NCBI GenBank assembly: GCA_031426555.1
Contig: JANPLN010000040.1
Span: 1 to 61,337, forward strand
Direction of reading: 5' to 3'
Length of the DNA stretch: 61,337 nucleotides
From: Bdellovibrionales bacterium
GTDB lineage: Bacteria; Bdellovibrionota; Bdellovibrionia; Bdellovibrionales; JAGQZY01
Positions 29,078 through 39,275 of this stretch are shown here, one piece after another. Numbering within the stretch: position 1 is the stretch's first letter; each line of letters starts with the position of its first letter. Under the pieces are notes generated by a model that saw nothing but the letters and a program-made list of their open reading frames with translations, was not told where the DNA came from and did not search any database. The position numbers and the translations under genes are program-made.

Positions 29078-30511
29078 TTAAGAAGCTTTGGGTTTGGGGG
29101 TGGGGTTGAGTTCTTTGTGGATGGTGATGAAGGTTTGGATAAGTTCGTCGCAGGTGGCTTGCATGATGTCGAGGCTGTTTTGTGGGTGAAAGTGCAATGC
29201 TGGCTCGCAACCCACAAAGTAGGCGAAGACCTTGCCCTGCATTTTTACCGGCACCACGGTAAATACTGATGGGTATTTGCCATTGTTCCACAATTGAAAG
29301 AAGCGCTCGTTGATGGGGTTTGGATAAACCTCGCCGTGATAAGGCTTGGCGGTAAATTTGGCAATGCGAAATGGATTTGGGCTTTTAAAATCAATGGGAG
29401 TGTTCCAGGCTTCTTCCGAAAAATCCCACATCGAATTGCTGGCGATAGGGTACACCGCGCCCTTTTGATCGCGAACGGCCCACATTAATTTTTTATAGTA
29501 ATCCTTCAAAATATGGAAGGCGCAGATCAGTGCTTGATGGGGATCTGAGTTTTCTTTGATTTTTCCACGGGCTTCAAGAATGACCTGTTCCGAAAACACG
29601 GTTCTTAAAAAACTAAAGTGCGTGGATCTTTCTGGAAATGGCATGATCGTTTTAGTGTTGGTAAAAGTAATTTCGCGGCCTTTTTCCATCGGCACAACAT
29701 TGGTGGTTTCTTTTTCAAAAAACTGTGTTCGCTCGATGTCGGCGGGTGTCTGTTCCGGAGTCGCTCTGGTGAGTTCATCAATGATAAAGTCGGGAATGGA
29801 AATTTGAGTGGATGAATCGACGTGCGAAAACAACGATGTAATTTTGCTATCTTCGTAAACGTTATCTTTTTGCGCGGGCTTAACCGAGGTAAAGGGAACA
29901 ACTTCAGCAAAGGAAATTGCTTCAGAAGGGGTGTCCATGGACGTGGCGGGCGCAGGTGCAGAGTCTAGCGAAGGCACAGCAGGCTCCGGCTCTTGCTCCG
30001 TCGGTATTTCTGCAATTGGTTCTTCCGACGATGGAAAGCTATTGAAGGAAAAGTCTGCAGACGTGAGTTTCTCTTCGATATCGGTGCTTTTCAATTCGAT
30101 GGTGGATTCATATTCTATTCCCGAGATGTCGTTGGAAATTTCGCCGCTGGGAGCTGGTTTTTCCATCTTGTTCCACAGGGTTTCCATGCGGAATAAAGAA
30201 GCAAGTACAAAGCAATGGGGCTGATCCAAGTGAATGTCCTGCGGCTCTAAGCAAACGATGTAAAGAGTGTTTTCCCAGCTGTGGGCCGGAAAAAATGTTT
30301 CATTCCAGAGTGGTGATGGAACTTCGAGCAAAAGTTTGTAGTTGGTGGTGGTTTTAAAAAAATCGTGATCGACGACGGGCAATTGATAAGTATCGGAAGC
30401 CCATTGAATGTAGGCTTCGTCGTTAATAAAACCAGAACGCAAAATTTCTAGGAGGGAGTGCTCAGAATCCTTGGGGATGTTGAACGCTTCTTTCCAAAGT
30501 AGACTCTTCAT
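29078..30511 (-). CDS. Hypothetical protein: folded N-terminal domain, acidic Pro-rich linker, GAF-like C-terminal domain
   Basis: 477-aa ORF; C-terminal VVPVKMQGKVFAYFVG resembles a GAF strand; function unknown. Confidence 0.75.
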   Translation of the reverse strand: MKSLLWKEAFNIPKDSEHSLLEILRSGFINDEAYIQWASDTYQLPVVDHDFFKTTTNYKLLLEVPSPLWNETFFPAHSWENTLYIVCLEPQDIHLDQPHCFVLASLFRMETLWNKMEKPAPSGEISNDISGIEYESTIELKSTDIEEKLTSADFSFNSFPSSEEPIAEIPTEQEPEPAVPSLDSAPAPATSMDTPSEAISFAEVVPFTSVKPAQKDNVYEDSKITSLFSHVDSSTQISIPDFIIDELTRATPEQTPADIERTQFFEKETTNVVPMEKGREITFTNTKTIMPFPERSTHFSFLRTVFSEQVILEARGKIKENSDPHQALICAFHILKDYYKKLMWAVRDQKGAVYPIASNSMWDFSEEAWNTPIDFKSPNPFRIAKFTAKPYHGEVYPNPINERFFQLWNNGKYPSVFTVVPVKMQGKVFAYFVGCEPALHFHPQNSLDIMQATCDELIQTFITIHKELNPTPKPKAS

Positions 30512-30519
30512 ACGAGAGC

Positions 30520-30547
30520 TTATCGGAGGAATCAGAATTGATCTTTA
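30520..30547 (-). promoter_or_regulatory. Putative FliA (sigma28)-type promoter
   Basis: Minus strand TAAA-N16-TCCGATAA ending 8 nt before ATG 30511. Confidence 0.55.
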
Positions 30548-30634
30548 CAAAGGTTTTTCAATAAATTAGCCTGTTTTTGGGTGCCCACGCTGCAGATGGG
30601 TCCAGTCGACGCTAAAAAAGGTCGAGGAGAGTTC

Positions 30635-31555
30635 ATGAAGTGCACAAAATTGATTCATGTGGTGGCATCCGGGATGCCCTTTGATCCTGAGGACCTCCAA
30701 AAGTCTATGCAGCTTCTAAAAACCTGGGGTTTTGAGTTTTCGCCCAATAAACAACCGACTAAAGACCTGCTTTCCGGCAACCATCCCATTTGCGCCAGCC
30801 CCCGCGAAACTCGCTGGGCGTCGCTTCGCGATGCACTGACATCTCGCGAAGAGTCTATTATCTGGGCAGTGCGCGGCGGTTATGGAAGTTTGCATCTTAT
30901 TCCATTTTTACAAAAACTCAAAAAACCGCGCGCGAAAAAACTTTTCATCGGGTTTAGCGATAACACCACTTTGCATCAACATCTGAATCAAAAATGGCAC
31001 TGGCCTTCGTGGCATGGTCCGCATTTGGACAGGCTTTACAAGCTCACACCATCCTTGCTTGTAAAAACCCGCCAACTTTTGGAGGGTCGTTTACAGGAAC
31101 AGGTTTTTAAAAATATTAAACCTTTCAATATTGCGGCCGAAAAAGTGATTACTCTTCGTTCTAAAATTGTCGGTGGAAATCTGATCACCTTGCAATCGTC
31201 TTTGGCAACGACCAATCAGTTAACTTTAAAAAATCGAATTCTGTTTATCGAAGATATCGGCGAGCGCGGATACAGGATTGATCGCGTCCTCGAACATTTT
31301 ACGCAAGCTCAGATCTTTCGTGGCGTTCAGGCCGTGATTTTGGGACCGTTCGTTGGCGGCGCGGAACCTGACGGGCGTGATTTAAGCCAAAAAGTTTTAA
31401 AAGAATTCTCCCAGCGGCAAAATTTCCCGGTGTTTTCTGTGGTACCCAGCGGGCATATTGCTAAATCGCAAATTTTACCCTTCGAGACTGATGTGGCTAT
31501 AAAAAAAATCAAAAGCAGCTTTGAGTTAACGGTGAGTACGGGGCTTAACGTATGA
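30635..31555 (+). CDS. ldcA: LD-carboxypeptidase (peptidase S66, LdcA-like)
   Basis: RGGYG, GFSD (Ser), EDIGE (Glu), SGH (His) triad motifs; GAGGAG RBS. Confidence 0.88.
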   Translation: MKCTKLIHVVASGMPFDPEDLQKSMQLLKTWGFEFSPNKQPTKDLLSGNHPICASPRETRWASLRDALTSREESIIWAVRGGYGSLHLIPFLQKLKKPRAKKLFIGFSDNTTLHQHLNQKWHWPSWHGPHLDRLYKLTPSLLVKTRQLLEGRLQEQVFKNIKPFNIAAEKVITLRSKIVGGNLITLQSSLATTNQLTLKNRILFIEDIGERGYRIDRVLEHFTQAQIFRGVQAVILGPFVGGAEPDGRDLSQKVLKEFSQRQNFPVFSVVPSGHIAKSQILPFETDVAIKKIKSSFELTVSTGLNV

Positions 31556-32601
31556 GGACTCTCGAGGCCTCCCTGCAAGAAAAGTTTTCCACGCTTCCAG
31601 CCCACGCCAGTCCAGGATTTTTGCTGCGAGTTTACCAGGGTGGAAAAATGGTTTGCGACACCTCGTGGGGAAAAACTTGGGATTATTACGACCTCGCATC
31701 GCTGACTAAAATTTTTTTTACCGTGCCGTGGATGATGCGGTCTGTGCACCTTAATAAAGTGGATTTATTTCGTCCACTTGCTAAATATGCACCCTGGTAC
31801 ACCCATCCGCTTTCGGTCAAAGATCTTTTAAGCCATTCTGCAGGCAACGAGTGGTGGCAGCCGTTTTATAAAATGCTCGATCTCGAGGCTCAGGTGGAGT
31901 TTCGAAAGCTGCAGTTAAAAAATAAACTTTTGGAAACGCCGCCCTCGCAAAAAAAAGACAAAGCGGTGTATTCGGACATTGATTTTTTTCTTTTGGGTTT
32001 TTTGCTGGAATCCGTTTACGAAAAAAGATGGATCGAACTCTGGGAAGAATTTTCCTCGGTGGTTTTCAAAAAAGAAAAAATGTATTTTCATGAGGGAAAT
32101 CAGCCACTATTTGCCGAAGATAAATATGCACCCACCGAAAATTGTCCGTGGCGACGAAAGGTTATGCAAGGCGAAGTGCACGACGAAAACGCGTGGGCCT
32201 TGGGGGGCGTGGCTCCTCATGCGGGCTTGTTTGGCTCGATGGGAGCGGTTTCTGAATGGGCTCTGTGGTTTCGCAGTGAATTTTACGGAAACAAAAATAT
32301 TTGGGCGGAGGCACCGCTCGTGCAAAAGTTCACTGAACGCTGTTTTCCTGCAAAAAAAGGCGATTGGTCGCTGGGGTTTATGCTACCCACTCAGGGAAGT
32401 GCGAGCTGCGGCCGTTATTTTTCTACGCAAAGTTTTGGGCATACGGGATTTACCGGCACCTCCTTTTGGATGGATCCCGAGAAGGATTTAATGGTGATCC
32501 TGTTGTCCAATCGAATTCACCCTGTGCGATCCAATGAACTGTTTAAAAAAGTACGTTCGCAAATCCATGACTGGGTTTGCGAGGGATTGGGATTGATATG
32601 A
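31552..32601 (+). CDS. Serine hydrolase, beta-lactamase/AmiE-like family
   Basis: DLASLTK (SxxK), YSD, GEVHDENA, HAGLFG, GHTGFTG; lies between ldcA and mpl. Confidence 0.88.
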   Translation: MRTLEASLQEKFSTLPAHASPGFLLRVYQGGKMVCDTSWGKTWDYYDLASLTKIFFTVPWMMRSVHLNKVDLFRPLAKYAPWYTHPLSVKDLLSHSAGNEWWQPFYKMLDLEAQVEFRKLQLKNKLLETPPSQKKDKAVYSDIDFFLLGFLLESVYEKRWIELWEEFSSVVFKKEKMYFHEGNQPLFAEDKYAPTENCPWRRKVMQGEVHDENAWALGGVAPHAGLFGSMGAVSEWALWFRSEFYGNKNIWAEAPLVQKFTERCFPAKKGDWSLGFMLPTQGSASCGRYFSTQSFGHTGFTGTSFWMDPEKDLMVILLSNRIHPVRSNELFKKVRSQIHDWVCEGLGLI

Positions 32602-33998
32602 ATTTACAAAAAGGCGCACACGTTCACTTTATGGGTATTTGCGGAACTGCTATGGCAAGCCTCGCAGGACTTTTGCAAGAGCAAGGTTTTAAAATCACGG
32701 GGAGCGATCAAAATTATTACCCGCCAATGTCTTTGCAGCTTGAAAAACTTAAAATTCCCGTGAAAACCGGCTACAGCGCCGACAACTTGCATCCCACGCC
32801 ACAACTGGTGATCGTCGGCAACGTGATTTCCCGAGATAATCCTGAAGCGGTGGCGCTGATGGAAAAAAAGATTCCGTACATGAGTTTGCCGCAGGCCATG
32901 AGTGAATTCTTAATCGCGCACCGGCACAGTATCGTGATCGCAGGAACCCACGGAAAAACCACAACCACGTCGCTGATGGCGTGGGTGGCGGACCAGGCGG
33001 GTTTGGGCCCAGGATTTATGGTGGGTGGAATCCCAAAGAATTACGGACGCTCGTTTCAGATTCCAAAAAAAGATCATTTTGTGATCGAAGGCGATGAGTA
33101 CGACACCGCGTTTTTTGATAAAGTTCCAAAGTTTATCCACTACAAACCCCGCTCGGTGATCTTGACCAGTATTGAATTTGATCATGCGGACATTTATAGA
33201 GATCTCGATCATGTGAAGTCGGCTTTCGTGCAACTTCTTAAGCTGATTCCGCAGGATGGAGTTTTGGTATATAACTTGGAGGATGCAAACATTCGCAGTA
33301 TGCTTTCTGAGTGCTCGGCGCAAAAAATATCCTATGGCGAAAGTGATCATGCGGATATTCAAATCGTTGCAAAAAAAGCAGTGCGCGAGGGTGTTGAATT
33401 TACTTTGCGTTATCAAAAACAACCGTTTCATTTTTTCTTGCCGATGTTTGGCATTTACAACGTCGATAACGCCGCAGCCGTATTTGCCCTGGTAAAATCC
33501 CTCGGCTGGTCCGTCGATATCGATAAAACTTTTCGAAGCTTTCAAGGTGTAAAACGCCGACAGGAGCTCATCGGCGAGCCCAATCAAATTCAGATCATCG
33601 AAGATTTTGCCCATCATCCAACGGCTGTCGAAAAAACAATTTCCACTTTTCGTGGACGGGCCGAGCAAAAAAATATCCATGCGGTTTTCGAGCCACGATC
33701 GGCCACCTCGCGCCGAAACATTTTTCAGGAAGAGTACGCAAAAGCCTTTCGCTCAGCTGATTACACGTACATTGCCAAACCCTACGCGCAGGAAAAAATC
33801 CCGGTGGAGCAAAGATTTTCCAGCGAAAAACTGGTGCAGGACATCGAGCAGCACGGCAAAAAAGCCTTCCTGTGTGAGGGCGTCACCGAAATCATCGCAC
33901 AGATCCAAAAACACGCCAAGCCGGGCGACACCATCCTCGTCATGAGCAACGGCGGCTTCGACGGCATCTACCAAAAACTCATCGCAGCGCTTTCATAA
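32598..33998 (+). CDS. mpl: Murein peptide ligase
   Basis: GICGTAM, AGTHGKTTT, EGDEYDTAFFDK, DFAHHPTA, MSNGGF. Confidence 0.95.
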   Translation: MNLQKGAHVHFMGICGTAMASLAGLLQEQGFKITGSDQNYYPPMSLQLEKLKIPVKTGYSADNLHPTPQLVIVGNVISRDNPEAVALMEKKIPYMSLPQAMSEFLIAHRHSIVIAGTHGKTTTTSLMAWVADQAGLGPGFMVGGIPKNYGRSFQIPKKDHFVIEGDEYDTAFFDKVPKFIHYKPRSVILTSIEFDHADIYRDLDHVKSAFVQLLKLIPQDGVLVYNLEDANIRSMLSECSAQKISYGESDHADIQIVAKKAVREGVEFTLRYQKQPFHFFLPMFGIYNVDNAAAVFALVKSLGWSVDIDKTFRSFQGVKRRQELIGEPNQIQIIEDFAHHPTAVEKTISTFRGRAEQKNIHAVFEPRSATSRRNIFQEEYAKAFRSADYTYIAKPYAQEKIPVEQRFSSEKLVQDIEQHGKKAFLCEGVTEIIAQIQKHAKPGDTILVMSNGGFDGIYQKLIAALS

Positions 33999-34080
33999 GT
34001 GCAAATCGTCTCAGAATGGTTCATGTCTCTAAAAATGACTCACTTTTTTTCTTAATGAACCGATCAGTCACCATCTTGGG

Positions 34081-35799
34081 GTGCCGATGAATTCCGTGAA
34101 TATCAAAATGAAATTCAAGCAGTTTTTGTTTTCTTTCAAAAGCGTTTTCGTTGTAGCGCTGGTGATGGTCGTGCTTGCGTTTCAAAATTGTGGACAGGAA
34201 TTACAATCGTCAGCGTCAATGAGCTCTGAGTCTGAAGCAGAAATCGATTGTATCGACGCAAATGGAGAAGTCATTGTCGGCTGTGTTCCCGTGGCCCCAG
34301 AGGGCGAAATCAGAACCTGCTCTATGGCTAACGGTATTGGCGCCGAGGTTTATAAAAATTCGCAATGGGGACCTTGTATTGCTCAGAGCTGTGATGCTGG
34401 CTACGACATCGCCGCCGGCGTTTGTAAGTTTGTTGAGGCGACAAGAGCTTGCACTGTGGCGAACGGCACAGGTGTGCAAAAAAATACCGGAAGTGGATTT
34501 GGACCCTGCGTGGTGCGAAGTTGCAGTGCGGGCTTCCATGTGGTGGGAACAGCTTCCTGCGCGTTCACTCCGGTGACTCGTGCGTGCAGTGTTGCTAACG
34601 GAACTGGGTTGCAAACCAACACTGGCAGTGGCTTTGGAGTCTGCGATGTGCAGACGTGCAATGCCGGTTATCGCGAAAACGGCAATCAGTGTTCGTTTAT
34701 TCCAGTCTCGCGCGCGTGCACAGTGAATAATGGATCTGGAACGCAAACCAATTTAGGCAGCGGTTTTGGCGCCTGCGTACCGATGACGTGCTCCTCGGGA
34801 TATCATATTGAAAATAACATGTGCGTGTTTACTCCAATCAATCGGAGTTGCACCATTGCCAATGGCACAGGTTCGCAAACTAACAACGGCAGCGGCTTTG
34901 GCACTTGCACTGTAAAAAGTTGTTCAACCGGTTATCATAAACAGGGAAATACGTGTGCGTTTACAGCAGTCACGCGCAGTTGCTCGGTGAGCAACGGAAC
35001 CGGTTCGCAGACCAACCCCGGCACCGGTTTTGGCGCCTGCCAAGTGGTGAATTGTGATGCCGGTTTCGTGGAATACGAAAATAAATGTCGTATAAAAATC
35101 AAAACCTGCACGGTTTCTAACGGAACAGGCGAGCAAACATTTAGCAATGGTGTGTGGGGAAATTGTGTGGCCAAGTCTTGCAAAAGCAACGCCGAGCTGT
35201 TTAACCAGTTGTGTGTTTTTAAAACTGCGCCTACAGCAAAAGTGAATATTCACATTCTACGCAAAGACGACGGTTCGGGAAATCCCTTGTGGACTGATGA
35301 TTTTGTAAAAAGCGTTGTGCGGTTTTTAACGAGTATTACATTAGGCAATGTGAAATTTGTTTTAAACACAAAAACCAATATCAAAAACACCGAAGACTAC
35401 AATGCCAAGTCGCAGGATCATTCCGAAAAATACGCAGGCCTTCGCGAATTCACCAAGATCACAACGATCATTACGAATCCCAACACCACAGATTCCGTGG
35501 GCACGGCGTATAATATTAACTACAACTACGAGCCATTTTTTGCCTCCCGCCCCAGTGTGGATCGGCCGACAGTGGACGCCAAGGCGAAGCATGAAGCCGA
35601 GGTGATTATGCATGAGCTTGGTCACAACATGGGAATGAAACACAATTACGATAAAACGGTGCATATGGATAACTTCTATTACATGGAGCCCGCAACGTTG
35701 ATTAACTATGTAAAAGGTCTGAACGGTTGCACAACCTCCCTATGCCAATGCCAGTACAGCAAGTACTCCAACAGCTCGTGTAATGACGACGATGATTAA
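34081..35799 (+). CDS. Secreted zinc metalloprotease with seven Cys-rich repeats
   Basis: Hydrophobic leader ending AFQNC; 7 repeats of about 44 aa; HELGHNMGMKH metzincin motif; start codon uncertain. Confidence 0.85.
   Translation: MPMNSVNIKMKFKQFLFSFKSVFVVALVMVVLAFQNCGQELQSSASMSSESEAEIDCIDANGEVIVGCVPVAPEGEIRTCSMANGIGAEVYKNSQWGPCIAQSCDAGYDIAAGVCKFVEATRACTVANGTGVQKNTGSGFGPCVVRSCSAGFHVVGTASCAFTPVTRACSVANGTGLQTNTGSGFGVCDVQTCNAGYRENGNQCSFIPVSRACTVNNGSGTQTNLGSGFGACVPMTCSSGYHIENNMCVFTPINRSCTIANGTGSQTNNGSGFGTCTVKSCSTGYHKQGNTCAFTAVTRSCSVSNGTGSQTNPGTGFGACQVVNCDAGFVEYENKCRIKIKTCTVSNGTGEQTFSNGVWGNCVAKSCKSNAELFNQLCVFKTAPTAKVNIHILRKDDGSGNPLWTDDFVKSVVRFLTSITLGNVKFVLNTKTNIKNTEDYNAKSQDHSEKYAGLREFTKITTIITNPNTTDSVGTAYNINYNYEPFFASRPSVDRPTVDAKAKHEAEVIMHELGHNMGMKHNYDKTVHMDNFYYMEPATLINYVKGLNGCTTSLCQCQYSKYSNSSCNDDDD
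34312..35220 (+). repeat. Seven tandem coding repeats of about 130 bp (4 Cys each)
   Basis: Consensus RxCxVxNGTGxQTNxGSGFGxCxVxSCxxGYxxxxxxCxF. Confidence 0.9.
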
Positions 35800-35856
35800 A
35801 TGGGTGATTGAACGGATGATAGACGTCTCACACTGAAACAGAGCTCGACAAAAGCC

Positions 35857-35884
35857 TTAATTTTTTGCGCAGTATCGCCGATAG
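35857..35884 (+). promoter_or_regulatory. Putative FliA (sigma28)-type promoter
   Basis: TTAA-N16-GCCGATAG, 18 nt before ATG 35903. Confidence 0.55.
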
Positions 35885-35902
35885 AATAATGTCGGGGGAA
35901 CT

Positions 35903-37930
35903 ATGCTTTTTTCTCTATTCATTCTAAATTTGTTTTTGGCCCATGGAAGAATTCCGGTTGATGCAGCCACCGGTCCAATACTCGGAGAACGCACCCAAGA
36001 TGATCAAGCCATCGACGACGCCTGCGCACCGCGAATGCGACTCGGCGTAGACCACTACGCCGCGTGCGTCGCCGAAAAAGGCCGCGAAGCCGAGCAGGAG
36101 CGCAAACGGGCTGCCGAAGCTAAACGTCTGATGGAAATTAACGAAGCTCCATCAACGCCCGTAGCCACAGCCCAAGTGTGCAATCCCAGCGCCGCCTTCC
36201 AGGCGTGCCTGAGCGCCAGCCAAGATGCCGCTCGAATCAACGGAAGCCTAGCTAGAAGTTCACTGAGCGCAAGTGCCAAAGAGGCAGAAATTTCTTCATC
36301 CCTCCAAGCCTGTCGCGCCGCCTGCAACGCCGACTCCGCCCAAGTACTGCGAAACTTCCTTGGCGATTGCCGCGATCAAGACTACAGGCAAACAAAACAA
36401 GCGATGTTGCAAACGATGAACAACTGCGGTTCCGGGACAGCTTCGGTAGATCCAACGGGTCCCTCAAAGGAAACGGCCTTAGATATCATCACAGCGGACA
36501 ATATGAGTCTCTCTGATAAATTCAGCGCACTCAGCTTGCGCGCCGGAATTTCGTTCAGCCCCGAAGGCAACTCAACAAGCTCGTTTGCAGTCACGTCGGA
36601 TAACGAGCTCAGCAACGGCATCCGTTATCAGCAAACCACTTCACGCGACGGCATTGTGGCTTATCAGTACTGCAAGGGCAGCAGTTGTTATTCATCTTAC
36701 GACGTTGCTTCCTCAGCGCCAGCCAAAATCCCGGTTGCGGTTCCCGGTGGAAGTGGCTCGGGGTTGATTCAGTTTCTGCCGTCGGAACGGTCAGGAAATT
36801 TTTCTCGAGGGACTGAGTCGGCGATTGATCCTATTGGTGGTGAGGGTGCTGGCTTATACGGCGTAACCGGAGCGCCAACACCTAACGCAGAATTTCCTAC
36901 TACCACCCCGCAACTTCGGTTTGGTGATGAAGTTACGGGTACACCGGGAGCCGAGGCCGAATACTCTTTGGGAAATGCCGGCGGTACCACTGGCGCTCCC
37001 ACTCCAGCCCCAAATCCCGCTCCAGGTGGGGGAAATGATGGCGATACCAATGGTGGAAGTAGTAATGGTTCTTCTGCCGATACCTCAGTTGCCGGAAACG
37101 GCGGGGACCAACAGGTTGTTTCGCCCATCAGCGAACCCGTAAACTATCAAGCTGGTAATTTTGCAGGTTTGCAAAGCGCCATGTCTTCCCCTGCTGGTGG
37201 CGGCGGAACTGCCCGTTCCACCGGTTCTGGTGGTGAGGTGAGTCGTGGCGGAAATTCCGGCGGCGGCTCTTCCTCCGGAATTTCCACGAATCCTAACTCA
37301 CGTCCTTTAGCTTTTGAAGGCTCTGGGCAAGTTTCGCCATCGGCTCTTCGTGGTGCAGTTGCTCCAGCAGGATCTGTTGCCGGAGGTGCGCGGCCTGCGA
37401 TGGATGTAGCGGCTCCCGGTGGCGGCTCTCGCGGCGGTGGTTTTGCTGATTTTGGTGGTGGTCGTATGATGGCTTCATCGCGGCCTACAGGGCCCGCATC
37501 GCTCGATTCTTCTATGAACACAGTCATGCGGTCCGACAGCTACTATAGAACTTCCGGCGGCCGTGGCGCAGGTGCCAGTGCGCGCGCCAGGGCAAAACGA
37601 GCGGCTCCCTGCAAAGGGCTTAACTGTCCTCGTAAAATACCTGTGGGAATTGCTTCTGCGAACTGCGATGGTAACCCGCAATGTTTATTGGCATTAACCG
37701 GAAAATTACAAGCGCCGCGCAAACAAGCGGTTGAGGAAGCTTGGGTAACAGACAGCAGTGGTGTTCGACGTGTACGCGCAAATGCTGGTGAGCGTGGAAT
37801 TGCCAGCGTACCCCATAAAACCCTGCCTGGCGGAGTTGTGCGTGGAAAAATTCTGGATGTTTTAAATCACTTAGGCAGTTCCGAAGTTTTTAAAGTCGAT
37901 CACGATGGAATGCTGGAAGTAGATCTCTAA
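35903..37930 (+). CDS. Secreted hypothetical protein with Cys-containing ends and a long Gly/Ser-rich low-complexity region
   Basis: 675-aa ORF, short signal peptide, GGGGGA RBS. Confidence 0.8.
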   Translation: MLFSLFILNLFLAHGRIPVDAATGPILGERTQDDQAIDDACAPRMRLGVDHYAACVAEKGREAEQERKRAAEAKRLMEINEAPSTPVATAQVCNPSAAFQACLSASQDAARINGSLARSSLSASAKEAEISSSLQACRAACNADSAQVLRNFLGDCRDQDYRQTKQAMLQTMNNCGSGTASVDPTGPSKETALDIITADNMSLSDKFSALSLRAGISFSPEGNSTSSFAVTSDNELSNGIRYQQTTSRDGIVAYQYCKGSSCYSSYDVASSAPAKIPVAVPGGSGSGLIQFLPSERSGNFSRGTESAIDPIGGEGAGLYGVTGAPTPNAEFPTTTPQLRFGDEVTGTPGAEAEYSLGNAGGTTGAPTPAPNPAPGGGNDGDTNGGSSNGSSADTSVAGNGGDQQVVSPISEPVNYQAGNFAGLQSAMSSPAGGGGTARSTGSGGEVSRGGNSGGGSSSGISTNPNSRPLAFEGSGQVSPSALRGAVAPAGSVAGGARPAMDVAAPGGGSRGGGFADFGGGRMMASSRPTGPASLDSSMNTVMRSDSYYRTSGGRGAGASARARAKRAAPCKGLNCPRKIPVGIASANCDGNPQCLLALTGKLQAPRKQAVEEAWVTDSSGVRRVRANAGERGIASVPHKTLPGGVVRGKILDVLNHLGSSEVFKVDHDGMLEVDL

Positions 37931-37950
37931 GCATTGACTCAAAATATCAA

Positions 37951-39063
37951 TTACTGACTAACAGAATTCGTTTGGGTGTTTGCTAAAGCGGCTACCTGAT
38001 CATCGCTCGGATAAGGTAGTGTACGCCAGTAGCTACGGGCAGTGGTGCTGCCTAGCGGATATGCAAACGCACGTGAAGCATTCGGGTTTGGATCTGAACG
38101 TCCACCACAATTGACTCCAGCTAGTTCTCCGGTACCGGTCAGCAAAGGGCTACCACTGGTGCCTGGTCCTGCAAAATTAGTCGTTTGTAAAAGTGAATAA
38201 TCATGAAAAGCTTCGCCTGCAAAACCGTTGGACAAAACTAGTGTTTTCCCAGGAGCGTCACCGGGTGCATTTGGAAAAACGCTCGTTCGCCCCGGATAAC
38301 CAGCTAAATACGTTTCTTCATTTGAACGAAGATTTTTTGTGCCCGTAGTACGCTCCGAGATCGCAAAATCACGTACGATTCGTTCGCTCAATGTCATTTC
38401 AACATAGTCGGCCTGAGCAACTGGTCTTGCGATTTCCTTAGAGGGGTAGTTCGCTTCATGTGTTTGAAAGTTGAGGCGGGGATCATCGTTAATCGTGCTA
38501 AATGCCATTTGAGGTTTTTCAGTTGCAGTTGCATTTTCAGTGTAGTTGGCGGAGTTGTAAACGACATCACCTGCAGAGTTTCGCAAAATCATCGGTGGAG
38601 AAATGCTGCGTACGGTGCGGTTGCCGTTGAGTTGTGAAGCTAGACTGATCCAATTATGAAAAAGATGGCGACAGGTTACAAAACGCCCACGATTGAAGAA
38701 AGTTGTGCCCCGGGTTGAATAACTAAGTACAGGGCAAACCTGAAGATCTTGTTTGCGACAAGTTTCGATCTGCATAAGTCGCAAATCCGTCGCAAGGATT
38801 TTTGGATCAGTGATGACCGGTTCATTATTCACATTCACTTCTTCAAAATGCTCACCAGCTGTTCTGGTCAAACCCACAGTTTCCATCTCCAACACCGCAT
38901 TTTCCGCAAAATCCTGAAACGGCAGATTGAGGTTCTGAACTTCAGAGCTATCGGCGCTGCGGTAGCCTTCCCAGCGTTCTTGGGGGGCGGTGGAGTTGGC
39001 ATGGGCCGACGTAAAGATTCCGGTGACAGTTAGCGCGAGGGTGAGTAACAAAAATGGTCTCAT
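37951..39063 (-). CDS. Secreted trypsin-like serine protease
   Basis: Signal peptide, TCRH (His), ADY (Asp), GPGTSGSP (Ser); AAGGA RBS before ATG 39063. Confidence 0.85.
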   Translation of the reverse strand: MRPFLLLTLALTVTGIFTSAHANSTAPQERWEGYRSADSSEVQNLNLPFQDFAENAVLEMETVGLTRTAGEHFEEVNVNNEPVITDPKILATDLRLMQIETCRKQDLQVCPVLSYSTRGTTFFNRGRFVTCRHLFHNWISLASQLNGNRTVRSISPPMILRNSAGDVVYNSANYTENATATEKPQMAFSTINDDPRLNFQTHEANYPSKEIARPVAQADYVEMTLSERIVRDFAISERTTGTKNLRSNEETYLAGYPGRTSVFPNAPGDAPGKTLVLSNGFAGEAFHDYSLLQTTNFAGPGTSGSPLLTGTGELAGVNCGGRSDPNPNASRAFAYPLGSTTARSYWRTLPYPSDDQVAALANTQTNSVSQ

Positions 39064-39117
39064 AAAATCCGTCCTTTTTGCTTTCCAGGTGAACATAGCC
39101 AATTACTAATAGGTAAT

Positions 39118-39133
39118 TGCAAGAGGGGCACCA
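39118..39133 (-). promoter_or_regulatory. Putative sigma54 (-24/-12) promoter
   Basis: Minus strand TGGTGCCCCTCTTGCA, GG-N10-GC, upstream of the protease. Confidence 0.6.
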
Positions 39134-39275
39134 CAAAATTGATTTTCTGAAGAAATTTTAGGGGATTGGGTAAGTTTGGCAAAGTGTCGAACCTCTGTCT
39201 GGTCGGCAAATTTTTGGTCAGTTGTTCTGGTCGATGGGGATGTTGTAATTCGCGGGCGGAAATGTGCAGATTCCA

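Noticed and set aside
31552..32601. Class C beta-lactamase resistance gene
   Set aside because: YSD and HTG motifs, no obvious signal peptide and the operon context favour a peptidoglycan-recycling hydrolase
32910..33680. 256-aa minus-strand ORF
   Set aside because: Antisense shadow of mpl with no recognisable motifs
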